NCBI GenBank assembly: GCA_024698885.1
Contig: JAILQQ010000054.1
Coordinates: forward strand, 619 to 64,618
Length of the DNA: 64,000 nt
Direction: 5' to 3'
From: Lachnospiraceae bacterium
Lineage (GTDB): Bacteria > Bacillota > Clostridia > Lachnospirales > Lachnospiraceae
Every line of letters begins with the position of its first letter. Within the stretch, counting starts at the first letter, position 1. Positions 45,414-53,752 of this stretch are shown one piece after another. The translations under genes and the position numbers were made by a program. The notes below the pieces were generated by a model. It had not been told where the DNA came from, searched no databases, and saw only the letters and a list, made by a program, of their open reading frames with translations.

Positions 45414-46625
45414 CTAGCGCGGCGGCTGTCCGTTGCTTCCGGGCGGCGTTTCCCCGGGATCCTGAGGCTGTTGCGGCCTCCCGTTCATCTCTGTATCCTG
45501 CGGAGGCTCCGGCGCAGGATCAGAAGGCCCCTCCGGTCTCCCGGTCATCTCTGTCCCCTGCGGCAGCTCCGGGGGAGAATCAGAAGGCCCCTCCGGCCTC
45601 CCGGTCATCTCTGTCCCCTGCGGTTGCTCCGGCGCAGGATCAGAAGGTCCCTCCGGCCTCCCGGTCATCTCTGTCCCCTGCGGTAACTCTGTCGCAGGCT
45701 CCGAAGGCTTCTCCGGTCTCCCGGTCGTCTCTGTACCCTGCGGCAGCTCTGTCGCAGACTCCGAAGGCCTCTCCGGCCGCCCGGTCATTTCTGTTTCCTG
45801 CGGAGGCTCTGTCGGAGGTTCAGAAAGCCCTTCCGGCCTCCCGGTCGTTTCTGTTTCCTGCGGAAGCTCTGTCGCAGGTTCTGAAGGCCTCTCCGGCCTT
45901 TCAGTCATCTCTGTATCCGTCTTTCCGCTTTCCGGCGGTAACGGCGGTGCTTCCTGTCCGTTTTCCGGATATTGTTCCAGCATGATCACCTTCCCGGGGC
46001 TCATGTTCCCGTCATGGGCTCTGGTCTTCAGATCCCGATCCACGATATAGGATTCGCCGTGGATACTCCTGTCCGGGTGCTTCCTGCCCTGCTCTTCGTT
46101 CCAGGCTTCCATTTCTCCTCTGGTTTTCTTTTCAAGCCTCCCGTCGCGGAACAGATGACTGTCTACCGTCATGATGACAGGCGTTTCCTCTCCGATATAA
46201 TCCGCCTCATCCAGCGCGTTTAACGTCATTTCGATCGCGGTATCGATATCCTGCCCCAAAACCTCCGAAGAGATTGTCGAAACGATATCTTCCCCATCCT
46301 CATTATAAGAAGCGAAATCGATCACCCGGTCAAAAAAGTTCAGGTCATACCGCAGGGACGGATTCAGATCCAGCGTAACCGTACTGTAGGCAAAAGTATT
46401 GGCGGAAAAGCTTCCCACAAGGATCAGCACGGCCGCTGCCGCCGCGGTCAGCTTTGCGGCGCGTGAACGGGTAAAGGAAAGAAGCTTCTGCCCCGTTCCC
46501 TGTCCGCTCTCAAACTCGATCGACTGACCGATCCGGTAGCTTTTGTTCCGGATATTATAATAGGTGCCGTCCATCGCCAAAACTGCGGCTCTGTCGCCCT
46601 GAATACTCATTACTACCGCTTTCAA
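45414..46625 (-). CDS. rsgI: RsgI-like anti-sigma-I factor with Pro/Glu-rich tandem-repeat C-terminus
   Basis: TTG start after AGGAGAG. The N-terminus MKAVVMSIQGDRAAVLAMDGTYYNI is an RsgI_N-type domain. A single TM is followed by an LDLNPS motif. There are about 7.5 repeats of 20 aa (TEMTGRPEGPSDPAPE.PQG). Confidence 0.8.
   Translation of the reverse strand: MKAVVMSIQGDRAAVLAMDGTYYNIRNKSYRIGQSIEFESGQGTGQKLLSFTRSRAAKLTAAAAAVLILVGSFSANTFAYSTVTLDLNPSLRYDLNFFDRVIDFASYNEDGEDIVSTISSEVLGQDIDTAIEMTLNALDEADYIGEETPVIMTVDSHLFRDGRLEKKTRGEMEAWNEEQGRKHPDRSIHGESYIVDRDLKTRAHDGNMSPGKVIMLEQYPENGQEAPPLPPESGKTDTEMTERPERPSEPATELPQETETTGRPEGLSEPPTEPPQETEMTGRPERPSESATELPQGTETTGRPEKPSEPATELPQGTEMTGRPEGPSDPAPEQPQGTEMTGRPEGPSDSPPELPQGTEMTGRPEGPSDPAPEPPQDTEMNGRPQQPQDPGETPPGSNGQPPR
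45435..45917 (-). repeat. Coding 60-bp tandem repeat (about 7.5 to 8 units) inside rsgI
   Basis: The near-identical unit CCCTCCGG(Y)CTCCCGGTCATCTCTGTCCCCTGCGG... is visible by eye. The antisense ORF it generates is an artefact. Confidence 0.9.
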
Positions 46626-46640
46626 CGTTTTCTCTCCTGT

Positions 46641-46670
46641 TCTGCGCCGATCCGCCTGCGGATCATTTCC
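46641..46670 (-). repeat. Intergenic hairpin repeat (H1-type with GATCATTTCC tail), directly 5' of the rsgI SD
   Basis: TCTGCGCCGATCCGC-CT-GCGGATCATTTCC, between the sigI stop and the rsgI start. Confidence 0.75.
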
Positions 46671-46685
46671 ATTTTATAGTATCAG

Positions 46686-47441
46686 TTACCCTGCATTTTC
46701 ATTTCTGAAATTTGCCGCGTATTCCGAAAGTCCGGGATAATCTCCGTCTAAGATCAGCGCCGTCGCGATCAGGTATTTTCGGAATTTATCAAGAAATTTT
46801 ATGGGCTGGCCGCTCCGCTCCGTAAGCTCCTTCGCCGGCAGGCGGCCGCTGTTTCTCAGAAGCTCCACAAGGGGCGGCGGAAGAAAAAACGAAGTGATCA
46901 CCTTCGCACAGCCTTTTTTTGTCTTATGCGATCTCGGTGAACACTCCGTCAGATCAAAAAAGGAGATATGATATTGCGCAAGCTCCTCCTGTAACGCAAG
47001 GATCTCGTCCCGCAGCGAGTCTTCGCAGGCGTCACCGCCTGTCGCCATCTTATCCTGCAGCTTAAGCTTTAACGACAGTTCCGGATCATCTTCTTCGATC
47101 TCACCCTCGAAAACATCCGGGCTGACCGATATCTCGCCTTCGGTTCTCTTCCGGCTCTGATACAGATTAAGCAGACGACTCTTCATGACAACGGCCGCAA
47201 AACCCCAGAAATCACCCCGGTCGGGGTTATAATGGGTAAGCGCCTCTGAAACCGCCATCAGCGCGACCGACCACTCATCATCGCTCTTCGTGACAGGATG
47301 CCCCGAAATCTTCGCCGAAAGCCGTAAAATATGATCACTTTCCTCCGCAAGGAATGCCTCCCTTTCGGAGACATCCCCTGCCGCTTTCAATGCTCTCTCA
47401 TTATCCTTTTGTGAATTTTCCGAAAAAGTCTGATGCCGCAT
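46686..47441 (-). CDS. sigI: RNA polymerase sigma-I factor
   Basis: The sigma-70 region 2-like segment DEWSVALMAVSEALTHYNPDRGDFWGFAAVVMKSRLLNLY, the SigI-type C-terminal domain and the position directly upstream of rsgI support the call. The start is uncertain, because the ORF overlaps the upstream gene by 41 nt. Confidence 0.8.
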   Translation of the reverse strand: MRHQTFSENSQKDNERALKAAGDVSEREAFLAEESDHILRLSAKISGHPVTKSDDEWSVALMAVSEALTHYNPDRGDFWGFAAVVMKSRLLNLYQSRKRTEGEISVSPDVFEGEIEEDDPELSLKLKLQDKMATGGDACEDSLRDEILALQEELAQYHISFFDLTECSPRSHKTKKGCAKVITSFFLPPPLVELLRNSGRLPAKELTERSGQPIKFLDKFRKYLIATALILDGDYPGLSEYAANFRNENAG

Positions 47442-48141
47442 TCCTTATCCTGGTAAAAAATCCTGTTTCTGTGCGCGATCCTTCCGTATTCCCCGCCGTG
47501 TCTGTATCACAGGAAGTCTCCGCGGATGGTTTCTGATCGGATCCCATCGGCATCGGTGCCTTCATTTCAACCGTGATGCCGTTTTCTCTGAGCGCCGCGA
47601 TCAGCGCTTCTTCCGCTTCTCTTGCGGCAGTTCTGAGCGAATCCAGATCGGTTTCCCCTTCTGAAGAGCCGTCTCCTTCCCTCAAAGCGTCAAATGCTTC
47701 CCGTTCAGCCTCCCGTGCCGATTCATACGCCGCAAGCAGCCCGGAGAGCGTCGACTGTGTCTCCTCATCCTCGATCGAGGAGATCGCTTCCGCCACGGCT
47801 TCCGGATCGATCATGCCGCCTTTTTGTCCGCGCCCCATGGGCGGTGCCTGCTGCCCGTCAGGTGCTTCCCCCTCCGGCAGCTCCGGGCGTTCCCCTTCAT
47901 TCATTTCCGGCAGCTCCGGACGATCCCCCTCGTTCATCTGGGGCAGTTCCGGGCGCTCCCCTTCATTCATTTCCGGCAGCTCCGGACGTTCGCCCTCCGC
48001 GAAAGCTCCCTGTGCCTCTCTGCCGCCGCCCATCCGGTTTCCGTTCCCGGGTGCCGCCAGGGCACAAACGGAAAGGGTCACTGCCAAAATCCCCGTTAAG
48101 ATCGCTGTTGATACTTTTTTACTGTTTTTTACTCTTCTCAT
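47401..48141 (-). CDS. Secreted hypothetical protein with 11-aa GERPELPEMNE repeats
   Basis: The MRRVKNSKKVSTAILTGILAVTLSVCALA signal peptide follows AAAGGAGAG. Four 33-bp tandem repeats lie at 47874..47997. The C-terminal half is acidic and helical. Confidence 0.75.
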   Translation of the reverse strand: MRRVKNSKKVSTAILTGILAVTLSVCALAAPGNGNRMGGGREAQGAFAEGERPELPEMNEGERPELPQMNEGDRPELPEMNEGERPELPEGEAPDGQQAPPMGRGQKGGMIDPEAVAEAISSIEDEETQSTLSGLLAAYESAREAEREAFDALREGDGSSEGETDLDSLRTAAREAEEALIAALRENGITVEMKAPMPMGSDQKPSAETSCDTDTAGNTEGSRTETGFFTRIRNAASDFFGKFTKG

Positions 48142-48156
48142 TTCATTCTCTCCTTT

Positions 48157-48195
48157 TCTGCGCGGCTCCGGCCAACCCTTCAGACCGGATCATCG
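48157..48195 (-). repeat. Intergenic hairpin repeat (diverged), directly 5' of an SD
   Basis: TCTGCGCGGCTCCGGCCAACCCTTCAGACCGGATCATCG. In sense orientation it is followed by CGCAGAAAAGGAGAG and the ATG at 48141. Confidence 0.6.
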
Positions 48196-48283
48196 TTTTT
48201 TTCGTTCCTGCTTATACATACAAACGGAGAAATGAAAAAACGGGGGTAAAAAAAATATTTTTAAATTTTTGACAAAGTATCGC

Positions 48284-48784
48284 TTAAAACCGGATCATCT
48301 CCTCATGATCCTCAAAAAAAACGGTCACATGCGCCGTCAGAAAAGCTGTCTCCTCCTCGACCCTTCGCAAGACCATGGAATTATCATCAATAAACACAAG
48401 CTTTTCCGGCGTTACCCCGGAGGCTTCCGCGATCTGCTTAAGCACCGCTGGCTTTTCACTGTGATCATCCACCAGATAAACGTGGGATGGCTGTATCCCG
48501 TAATACAGGTTGACGGCCTTTTTCTTGGAAACGTCATGCCGGTGGGGCTCCATGGAAAGACAGTATATACGCGCGAGATCTCTTGTTTTCAGGAAATCGC
48601 GGATCACGGGGATCCCGCGGCACCCGTTATAGATATCCACACCCCGGAATACTTCTTCGGTCGCGTCCCTGTCCAACTCATGATGCGCCCTGCGTTCTCC
48701 GTAATTATAGCTGATCAGGGTTCCGTCTATATCAAACACGATCGTTGTTTCAGGATCATTCAGTACTTCCCAGATTCTGTTCAT
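48284..48784 (-). CDS. HAD-superfamily hydrolase-like protein
   Basis: FDIDGTL motif I near the N-terminus. 166 aa. Confidence 0.65.
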   Translation of the reverse strand: MNRIWEVLNDPETTIVFDIDGTLISYNYGERRAHHELDRDATEEVFRGVDIYNGCRGIPVIRDFLKTRDLARIYCLSMEPHRHDVSKKKAVNLYYGIQPSHVYLVDDHSEKPAVLKQIAEASGVTPEKLVFIDDNSMVLRRVEEETAFLTAHVTVFFEDHEEMIRF

Positions 48785-48833
48785 TAATATTTCCTCCTGC
48801 GCCCATCCGCCATGAATCTGCTCATGCTATGCA

Positions 48834-49340
48834 TCAGGAATCGGCGCCCATCCTTATGAGCTTGATGATCAGCGCGTATACGATATCCCTTACCACATGT
48901 CTGATCAGGAAAACGATATGAATACCGAGGCAGGCGCCCGCGATTCCGCCGAAAAGCAGAAAGCCGGCGATCGCTCCCGCGGGCAGGAAGATCACGCCCG
49001 AGGTAAAGACAACCGTTCCCGTGGCAAACTGCAGGATATAGGCCGCCACAGACAGAAACGTTGCGAAAAACAGCAGTCCGTAGGCGCCGGTAACAAAGCC
49101 GATCACCCCGAGGATCCCTAAAATAAGGTAGAACAGATAGCAAAAGCGGAAAAGCCATTCCACTGCCTTTCCCATCCCTTCCTCATTCTTCTCTGCCATA
49201 GCGCGGTCTTCCTCTGCCGGCCATCTGCTCTTCTTATCGATCTCATTGCCACATTCCGGGCAGAAGATCGGATCCTTTCCCGAAACAGCCAGAGGAGAAA
49301 ACTCGAATTCCTTTTTACAGTTCTCACAATACCTCAGCAT
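48834..49340 (-). CDS. Zinc-ribbon membrane protein, function unknown
   Basis: The start MLRYCENCKKEFEF...CPECGN has two CxxC pairs and is followed by 4 TM helices. The ORF-track start at 49388 reads through a hairpin repeat. Confidence 0.65.
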   Translation of the reverse strand: MLRYCENCKKEFEFSPLAVSGKDPIFCPECGNEIDKKSRWPAEEDRAMAEKNEEGMGKAVEWLFRFCYLFYLILGILGVIGFVTGAYGLLFFATFLSVAAYILQFATGTVVFTSGVIFLPAGAIAGFLLFGGIAGACLGIHIVFLIRHVVRDIVYALIIKLIRMGADS

Positions 49341-49351
49341 GATAAATCCTT

Positions 49352-49392
49352 TCTGCGCCGATCCGTTTTGTTTTTCCGACCGGATCATTTCC
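49352..49392 (-). repeat. Intergenic hairpin repeat with GATCATTTCC tail, directly 5' of an SD
   Basis: TCTGCGCCGATCCG-TTTTGTTTTTCCGA-CCGGATCATTTCC. In sense orientation it is followed by GCGCAGAAAGGATTTATCATG. Confidence 0.75.
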
Positions 49393-49485
49393 TTCTAAAT
49401 ATAACAGAAAAGCGTGTCCGGTCAAATAAAAATATGTCAGCTCGGAAAAGCGCAGAAAAGCGGCCGTTGCTGTTCCGCTCTCTGA

Positions 49486-49515
49486 TTGATTATGCAGCCG
49501 GATCTGTGTTATAAT
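49486..49515 (+). promoter_or_regulatory. Sigma-A-type promoter with extended -10 for the HD-GYP gene
   Basis: TTGATT (49486..49491), an 18-nt spacer, then TGtTATAAT (the -10 at 49510..49515). Confidence 0.5.
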
Positions 49516-49554
49516 AACAAGTTGTGAAGCAATGTGAACAAGAGGGGAATAACG

Positions 49555-50922
49555 ATGAGAGAAAAAAGCAAAAAATACGGCGTCCTGATCTTTGCGGGAA
49601 CCCTGGCGGCCGCGATCCTGTTACTGATCATCAGTATTGTGCAGACCAACCTGTACAATTCGATGCGGCATACGTCGGTTTTTTCGAAAGAGACACTTTT
49701 TGAGGAGCAAAGCGCCAAAGAATATCCCGTCAGCATCAGGGCGGGAGTACGCGACAGCACCTGGACAAAGGTCCTTGATCCGGACAACGAGGGGCTTGAA
49801 GAGCATAATTACCAGGCCTATACGGTTGATTTCTATGTGGAAAACACTACAAAGGACGAGGTAAAGGATTTCGCATTTAAGCTGGATTTCGTGGATAACG
49901 CTTTTTTACTGTCGGCGTGGAACGGGAGTCTTCAGATCCATCAGAACACAGACAATGGGGAGATCGTCGACACGATCAGCGATCTGCGGGAATTTGTTCC
50001 CGAGGATCATGTGGTCGAGACCTTTACGGCAGACGGCGATACCCTCGTTCATATGAAGCCCGGGGATTATCTGAACTATATCCCGAGTTCTTCCCAGAAC
50101 GCCATGGAGATCCCGATTGAGCCTCACGAGGGAACTGTTCCCGGCATCATCATGTATTTCCCGATCGGAGATGACATTTCGAATACGATGTCGGTGACGT
50201 TTGAATATACCTTCAACAGAAAGCTGACGAGCGTCCCGTTATTCTGGGTATCCCAGGCCCTGATCGCGATCTGGCTCATCACCCTCATCATCTACCTGAT
50301 CATTTCCATACAGATGAGGAAATATAATGAACGCCATGAACGCGATAACAAGATCATCAACGAATCGATGGAGACCTTTATCGGGTTTATTGACGCGAAG
50401 GATCCCTATACAAACGGCCACTCCATCCGTGTGGCAAAATATACGCGGATCCTGGCGGAGGCACTCGGCTATAAGGATGAAGAGCTTGAGCGGATCTATT
50501 ATGTGGCGCTCCTGCATGACTGCGGCAAGATCGGCGTACCTGATCATATTCTCGGAAAGCCCGGCAAGCTGACGGATGAGGAGTTTGAGGTGATCAAGTC
50601 TCATACGGTACGGGGCGGCGAGATCATGAGCCACTTCAAAAGCCTTGAAAACGCAGGTGAAGGAGCCCTCTACCATCACGAGAGATATGACGGAAAGGGC
50701 TATCCCGAGGGAAAGGCCGGCGAAGAGATCCCCTTTATTGCCCGGATCATCTGTGTGGCGGATTCCTATGATGCCATGAACACAAACAGGGTATACCGCG
50801 ACAAGCTTTCAAAGGAGCATATTCTCGCAGAGATCGAGCGCTGCAAAGGAAAGCAGTTTGATCCGAAGATCGCGGATATCATGATATCCCTGATCAAAAA
50901 CGACGCGCTGAGTACGAATTAA
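49555..50922 (+). CDS. Membrane-anchored HD-GYP domain c-di-GMP phosphodiesterase
   Basis: The MREKSKKYGVLIFAG start follows GAGGGG. Layout is TM, a ~210-aa extracellular domain, TM, then the HDCGKIGVP and HHERYDGKGYP motifs. Confidence 0.88.
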   Translation: MREKSKKYGVLIFAGTLAAAILLLIISIVQTNLYNSMRHTSVFSKETLFEEQSAKEYPVSIRAGVRDSTWTKVLDPDNEGLEEHNYQAYTVDFYVENTTKDEVKDFAFKLDFVDNAFLLSAWNGSLQIHQNTDNGEIVDTISDLREFVPEDHVVETFTADGDTLVHMKPGDYLNYIPSSSQNAMEIPIEPHEGTVPGIIMYFPIGDDISNTMSVTFEYTFNRKLTSVPLFWVSQALIAIWLITLIIYLIISIQMRKYNERHERDNKIINESMETFIGFIDAKDPYTNGHSIRVAKYTRILAEALGYKDEELERIYYVALLHDCGKIGVPDHILGKPGKLTDEEFEVIKSHTVRGGEIMSHFKSLENAGEGALYHHERYDGKGYPEGKAGEEIPFIARIICVADSYDAMNTNRVYRDKLSKEHILAEIERCKGKQFDPKIADIMISLIKNDALSTN

Positions 50923-51866
50923 TGGATATGAGGAAAAGAGAAAGCAATATCTGGGCATGGCTTCCGGTCACGTTTGCCGCGGCATTATTCTGCTGCGTGC
51001 TGTGGGGAAGCGCATCCCCGGCTATAAAGATCGCATATGAGCTGTTTGGCATCGCGCCCGATGATACAGCCTCCCGGATCATGTTGGCAGGCGCCAGGTT
51101 TATCCTGGCAGGGGTCATGACCATCTGCTTCGGTTCTCTGCTTTCCCGTAAGCTCTTAATCCCGCAGAAGGCCTCGATCCGGTATGTCGTGATCCTTGCG
51201 TTTGTTCAGACAGTCGGACAGTACTTTTTCTTTTTCATGGCGCTTGCCCATACCAGCGGCGTCAGAGGCTCCATCATCAACGCATCCGGCAATTTCCTCG
51301 CGATCCTGCTTGCGGTCTATGTTTTCCGTCTCGAGCATATGACAGTCCGAAAGATCCTCGGCTGCCTGACCGGCTTTGCCGGGATCTTTCTGATCTTAGG
51401 CGGCGCAGGCGCCATAGGCACCGAAGGCGGCATTACCTTTCAGGGAGAGGGCGCCATGCTGATCGCCGCTCTCTTCTACGCCTTTTCCTCCTGCCTGATC
51501 AAGATCTTTTCGGCCCATGAAAACCCGGTCACCTTAAGCGGCTATCAGTTCCTCTGCGGCGGTATCCTTCTTTTCCTGATCGGGATGCTCCTCGGCGGGA
51601 AGCTTACGTTTTTAAGTGCCGGCTGTGTATACAATCTCTTATATATGGGCTTTATTTCCGCCGGCGCCTATACGCTCTGGGGAGTCCTGTTAAAGCATAA
51701 CCCCGTCAGCCGCGTCTCCATCTTCGGCTTTATGAACCCGGTCATGGGCGTGCTTTTATCCGCCGCTTTCCTCGGCGAAAACAAAGAGGCTTTTTCCCTG
51801 ACAGGTCTCACCGCCCTGCTCCTTGTCGCGGCAGGCATCATTATCGTCAATTCCGGCAAAAAATAA
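50922..51866 (+). CDS. EamA/DMT-family transporter
   Basis: 314 aa, 10 TM, two EamA-like halves. Its start overlaps the preceding stop (TAATG). Confidence 0.8.
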   Translation: MDMRKRESNIWAWLPVTFAAALFCCVLWGSASPAIKIAYELFGIAPDDTASRIMLAGARFILAGVMTICFGSLLSRKLLIPQKASIRYVVILAFVQTVGQYFFFFMALAHTSGVRGSIINASGNFLAILLAVYVFRLEHMTVRKILGCLTGFAGIFLILGGAGAIGTEGGITFQGEGAMLIAALFYAFSSCLIKIFSAHENPVTLSGYQFLCGGILLFLIGMLLGGKLTFLSAGCVYNLLYMGFISAGAYTLWGVLLKHNPVSRVSIFGFMNPVMGVLLSAAFLGENKEAFSLTGLTALLLVAAGIIIVNSGKK

Positions 51867-51874
51867 AGAAATTT

Positions 51875-53740
51875 CTAATATTTCCTGCCCCGGAAAACGG
51901 TATCCGGCGTATCCTGATCAAAGCTGCCTTCGGAGGAGATCACCTTAAGCGGCAGCTCTTCACCGTTCTGAAGCATTTCGATGACCCGCATCGTATCTCT
52001 TCCCAGTAACGGCGTACATTCCGCGACAAAATTCACCTCTCCGTTCTGAAGCGCGGTCAGCGCCTCCATGGTGCCGTCGATGGAAAGAACCCGGATCTCC
52101 TCTCCCGGCTTCAGGCCTGCTTCCTTCATAGCTTTCACGGCGCCGAGCATCATGTCATCGTTGTGACAGAAGAGCACATCAAAGGAGCCGCCGTTCTTTT
52201 CCAGATACTCCTTCACCGCCTGATAACCCTGTTCTCTGGAAAAATCCCCGTTTAAGCTGTCAATGATCCGGTAAGCGGGCTTTCCCTTCATCATCTCCCG
52301 AAAACCCCTTCCCCTTCCGTTTGCGGGAGAGGAGCCTCTGGTTCCCGCAAGCTCTAAGATCCGAACGTCCTCCCCGGTCACGTTTTCCTCTACCCAGCGC
52401 ATGCATCTGGCGCCCTCCTCCATAAAATCGGCGCCCACAAAAACCGTATAGAGTTCATCGCTCAGGCTGACCTCCCTGTCGGAAAGGATCACCGGGACAT
52501 CCTGTTCCCGTGCCTTCCGAAATACCTCCTCCCAACCGTCCTCGACGATCGGAGACAGGATGATCACATCCTTCCCCCCCGAAAGGAACTCTTCAAAGGC
52601 CGCAAGCTGCTCCTCCACGGTCCTGCATTCCTTTATCTCAAGCCCGATGCCGCTCTCTCTGGCCGCGCTTCGGTAGGATTCCGTATTTGCCCGGCGAAAC
52701 CCTGTATCCTCGTCGATCTGCACATAGCCCACGGAAGTGATCTTCCGTTTCCTTTTCTCATCCTGCCCCGCTAAAAGGTCCCCTGCCGTTTCCGGCGTCA
52801 CCAGGCTGTTTCGGACGATGATCTGCTTGGGCCCGTCATTCATTCCCCCGAAATAACTGACCGCGTAGGAAATGGCTTCCCTGCCGCCGGCCGGGCACAT
52901 GATCGTGGCGTCGATGATCCCGTCCTTCACCATTTCGATACCGCCGTCCTGTCCGAAAAAGCCGTCTGCCCCCAATATTTTGATCCCGTCAAAGCTCTGC
53001 CCGGTCGGTCCCTCCTTCTCAGCCAGGGTCTTCAGGGCATTGGCGGCACCTCTTGCCATATAGTCATTCTGCGTCAGGATCAGATCCGCTTCCTCTAAAA
53101 GATCCGTTCGTTCCAAAAGGATATCCTCGGTCTCATCCCGTGTACCGTTTGGGATGATCAGCTGCTTGATATCGACATTTTCGGAAACCGCCTCATTTAA
53201 AAGGCTGGCCCGCTGTCTGCCGGTATAACTGTCGATCAGGATATTGACGACCTTAATCTCCTCTTCCCCGCTCTTTCCCGTTAAAAGCCGGATCGCCGAC
53301 GCCTCCTTTGCCGCAAGAAGCCTGTCGTCCGCGCCTAAAAAGCAGGTATAATCAAAGCCCTTTACAGCTCTGTCAAGCAAAAGGATCGGCATACCCTCCC
53401 GGTAGATCTGTTCCACCGAAGAGATCAGGGCTTCCACATCCACCGGCGAAACGATCAGAAGCTCCGCCCCGTATGCCATCAGTTCCTTCAGATCATTTTT
53501 CTGCTTTTGCACATCGCCGCCCGCGTCGAGAAAAATGAGCTTAAGCCCTTCATACCGCGCCGCCTCCGCCTGCAGCTCCTTTTTCAGTTCAACTCTCCAT
53601 TCATCCGTCTGGTTTGCAAGCGATACGCCGATCAGCCGCCTGACTTCCGTTTCCCTTACCTGCTTACAGCCAGTAAGCACAGAAAAAACCATACAGCAGA
53701 TCACAAGACAGATATACAGAGAAAACCGTTTCCTTTTCAT
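51875..53740 (-). CDS. Lipoprotein with two tandem type-1 periplasmic-binding (sugar-binding) domains, probable sensor partner of the kinase/regulator pair
   Basis: Lipobox VLTGC. Two LacI/RbsB-like PBP1 halves are present. It sits directly downstream of the HK and AraC-type RR genes. Confidence 0.75.
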   Translation of the reverse strand: MKRKRFSLYICLVICCMVFSVLTGCKQVRETEVRRLIGVSLANQTDEWRVELKKELQAEAARYEGLKLIFLDAGGDVQKQKNDLKELMAYGAELLIVSPVDVEALISSVEQIYREGMPILLLDRAVKGFDYTCFLGADDRLLAAKEASAIRLLTGKSGEEEIKVVNILIDSYTGRQRASLLNEAVSENVDIKQLIIPNGTRDETEDILLERTDLLEEADLILTQNDYMARGAANALKTLAEKEGPTGQSFDGIKILGADGFFGQDGGIEMVKDGIIDATIMCPAGGREAISYAVSYFGGMNDGPKQIIVRNSLVTPETAGDLLAGQDEKRKRKITSVGYVQIDEDTGFRRANTESYRSAARESGIGLEIKECRTVEEQLAAFEEFLSGGKDVIILSPIVEDGWEEVFRKAREQDVPVILSDREVSLSDELYTVFVGADFMEEGARCMRWVEENVTGEDVRILELAGTRGSSPANGRGRGFREMMKGKPAYRIIDSLNGDFSREQGYQAVKEYLEKNGGSFDVLFCHNDDMMLGAVKAMKEAGLKPGEEIRVLSIDGTMEALTALQNGEVNFVAECTPLLGRDTMRVIEMLQNGEELPLKVISSEGSFDQDTPDTVFRGRKY

Positions 53741-53752
53741 GCCAGAAATCCC

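Noticed and set aside
45297-45686. A plus-strand ORF encoding a striking LRRLRRRIRRPLRPPGHLCPLR repeat.
   Set aside because: It is the antisense reading of the 60-bp coding repeats of rsgI. The minus-strand frame is continuous with a bona fide RsgI N-terminal domain.
47573-48272. Two overlapping plus-strand ORFs of 220 and 192 aa, Ser/Pro-rich, opposite the secreted repeat protein.
   Set aside because: They are antisense artefacts of a GC-rich repeat-containing gene. They have no SD, no start context and low-complexity translations.
49340-49388. A conserved-looking upstream peptide, MIRSEKQNGSAQKGFI. The parallel peptide [16 protein letters not shown] occurs at 14924..14971. Each lies exactly 16 codons in frame ahead of the real start, which suggested an N-terminal extension or uORF.
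   Set aside because: The similarity is explained by the shared hairpin-repeat DNA. The ATG sits only 1 to 2 nt after the AGGAA, so there is no usable SD spacing. Other copies of the repeat are out of frame or contain stops, for example at 36043. The real starts have good SDs.
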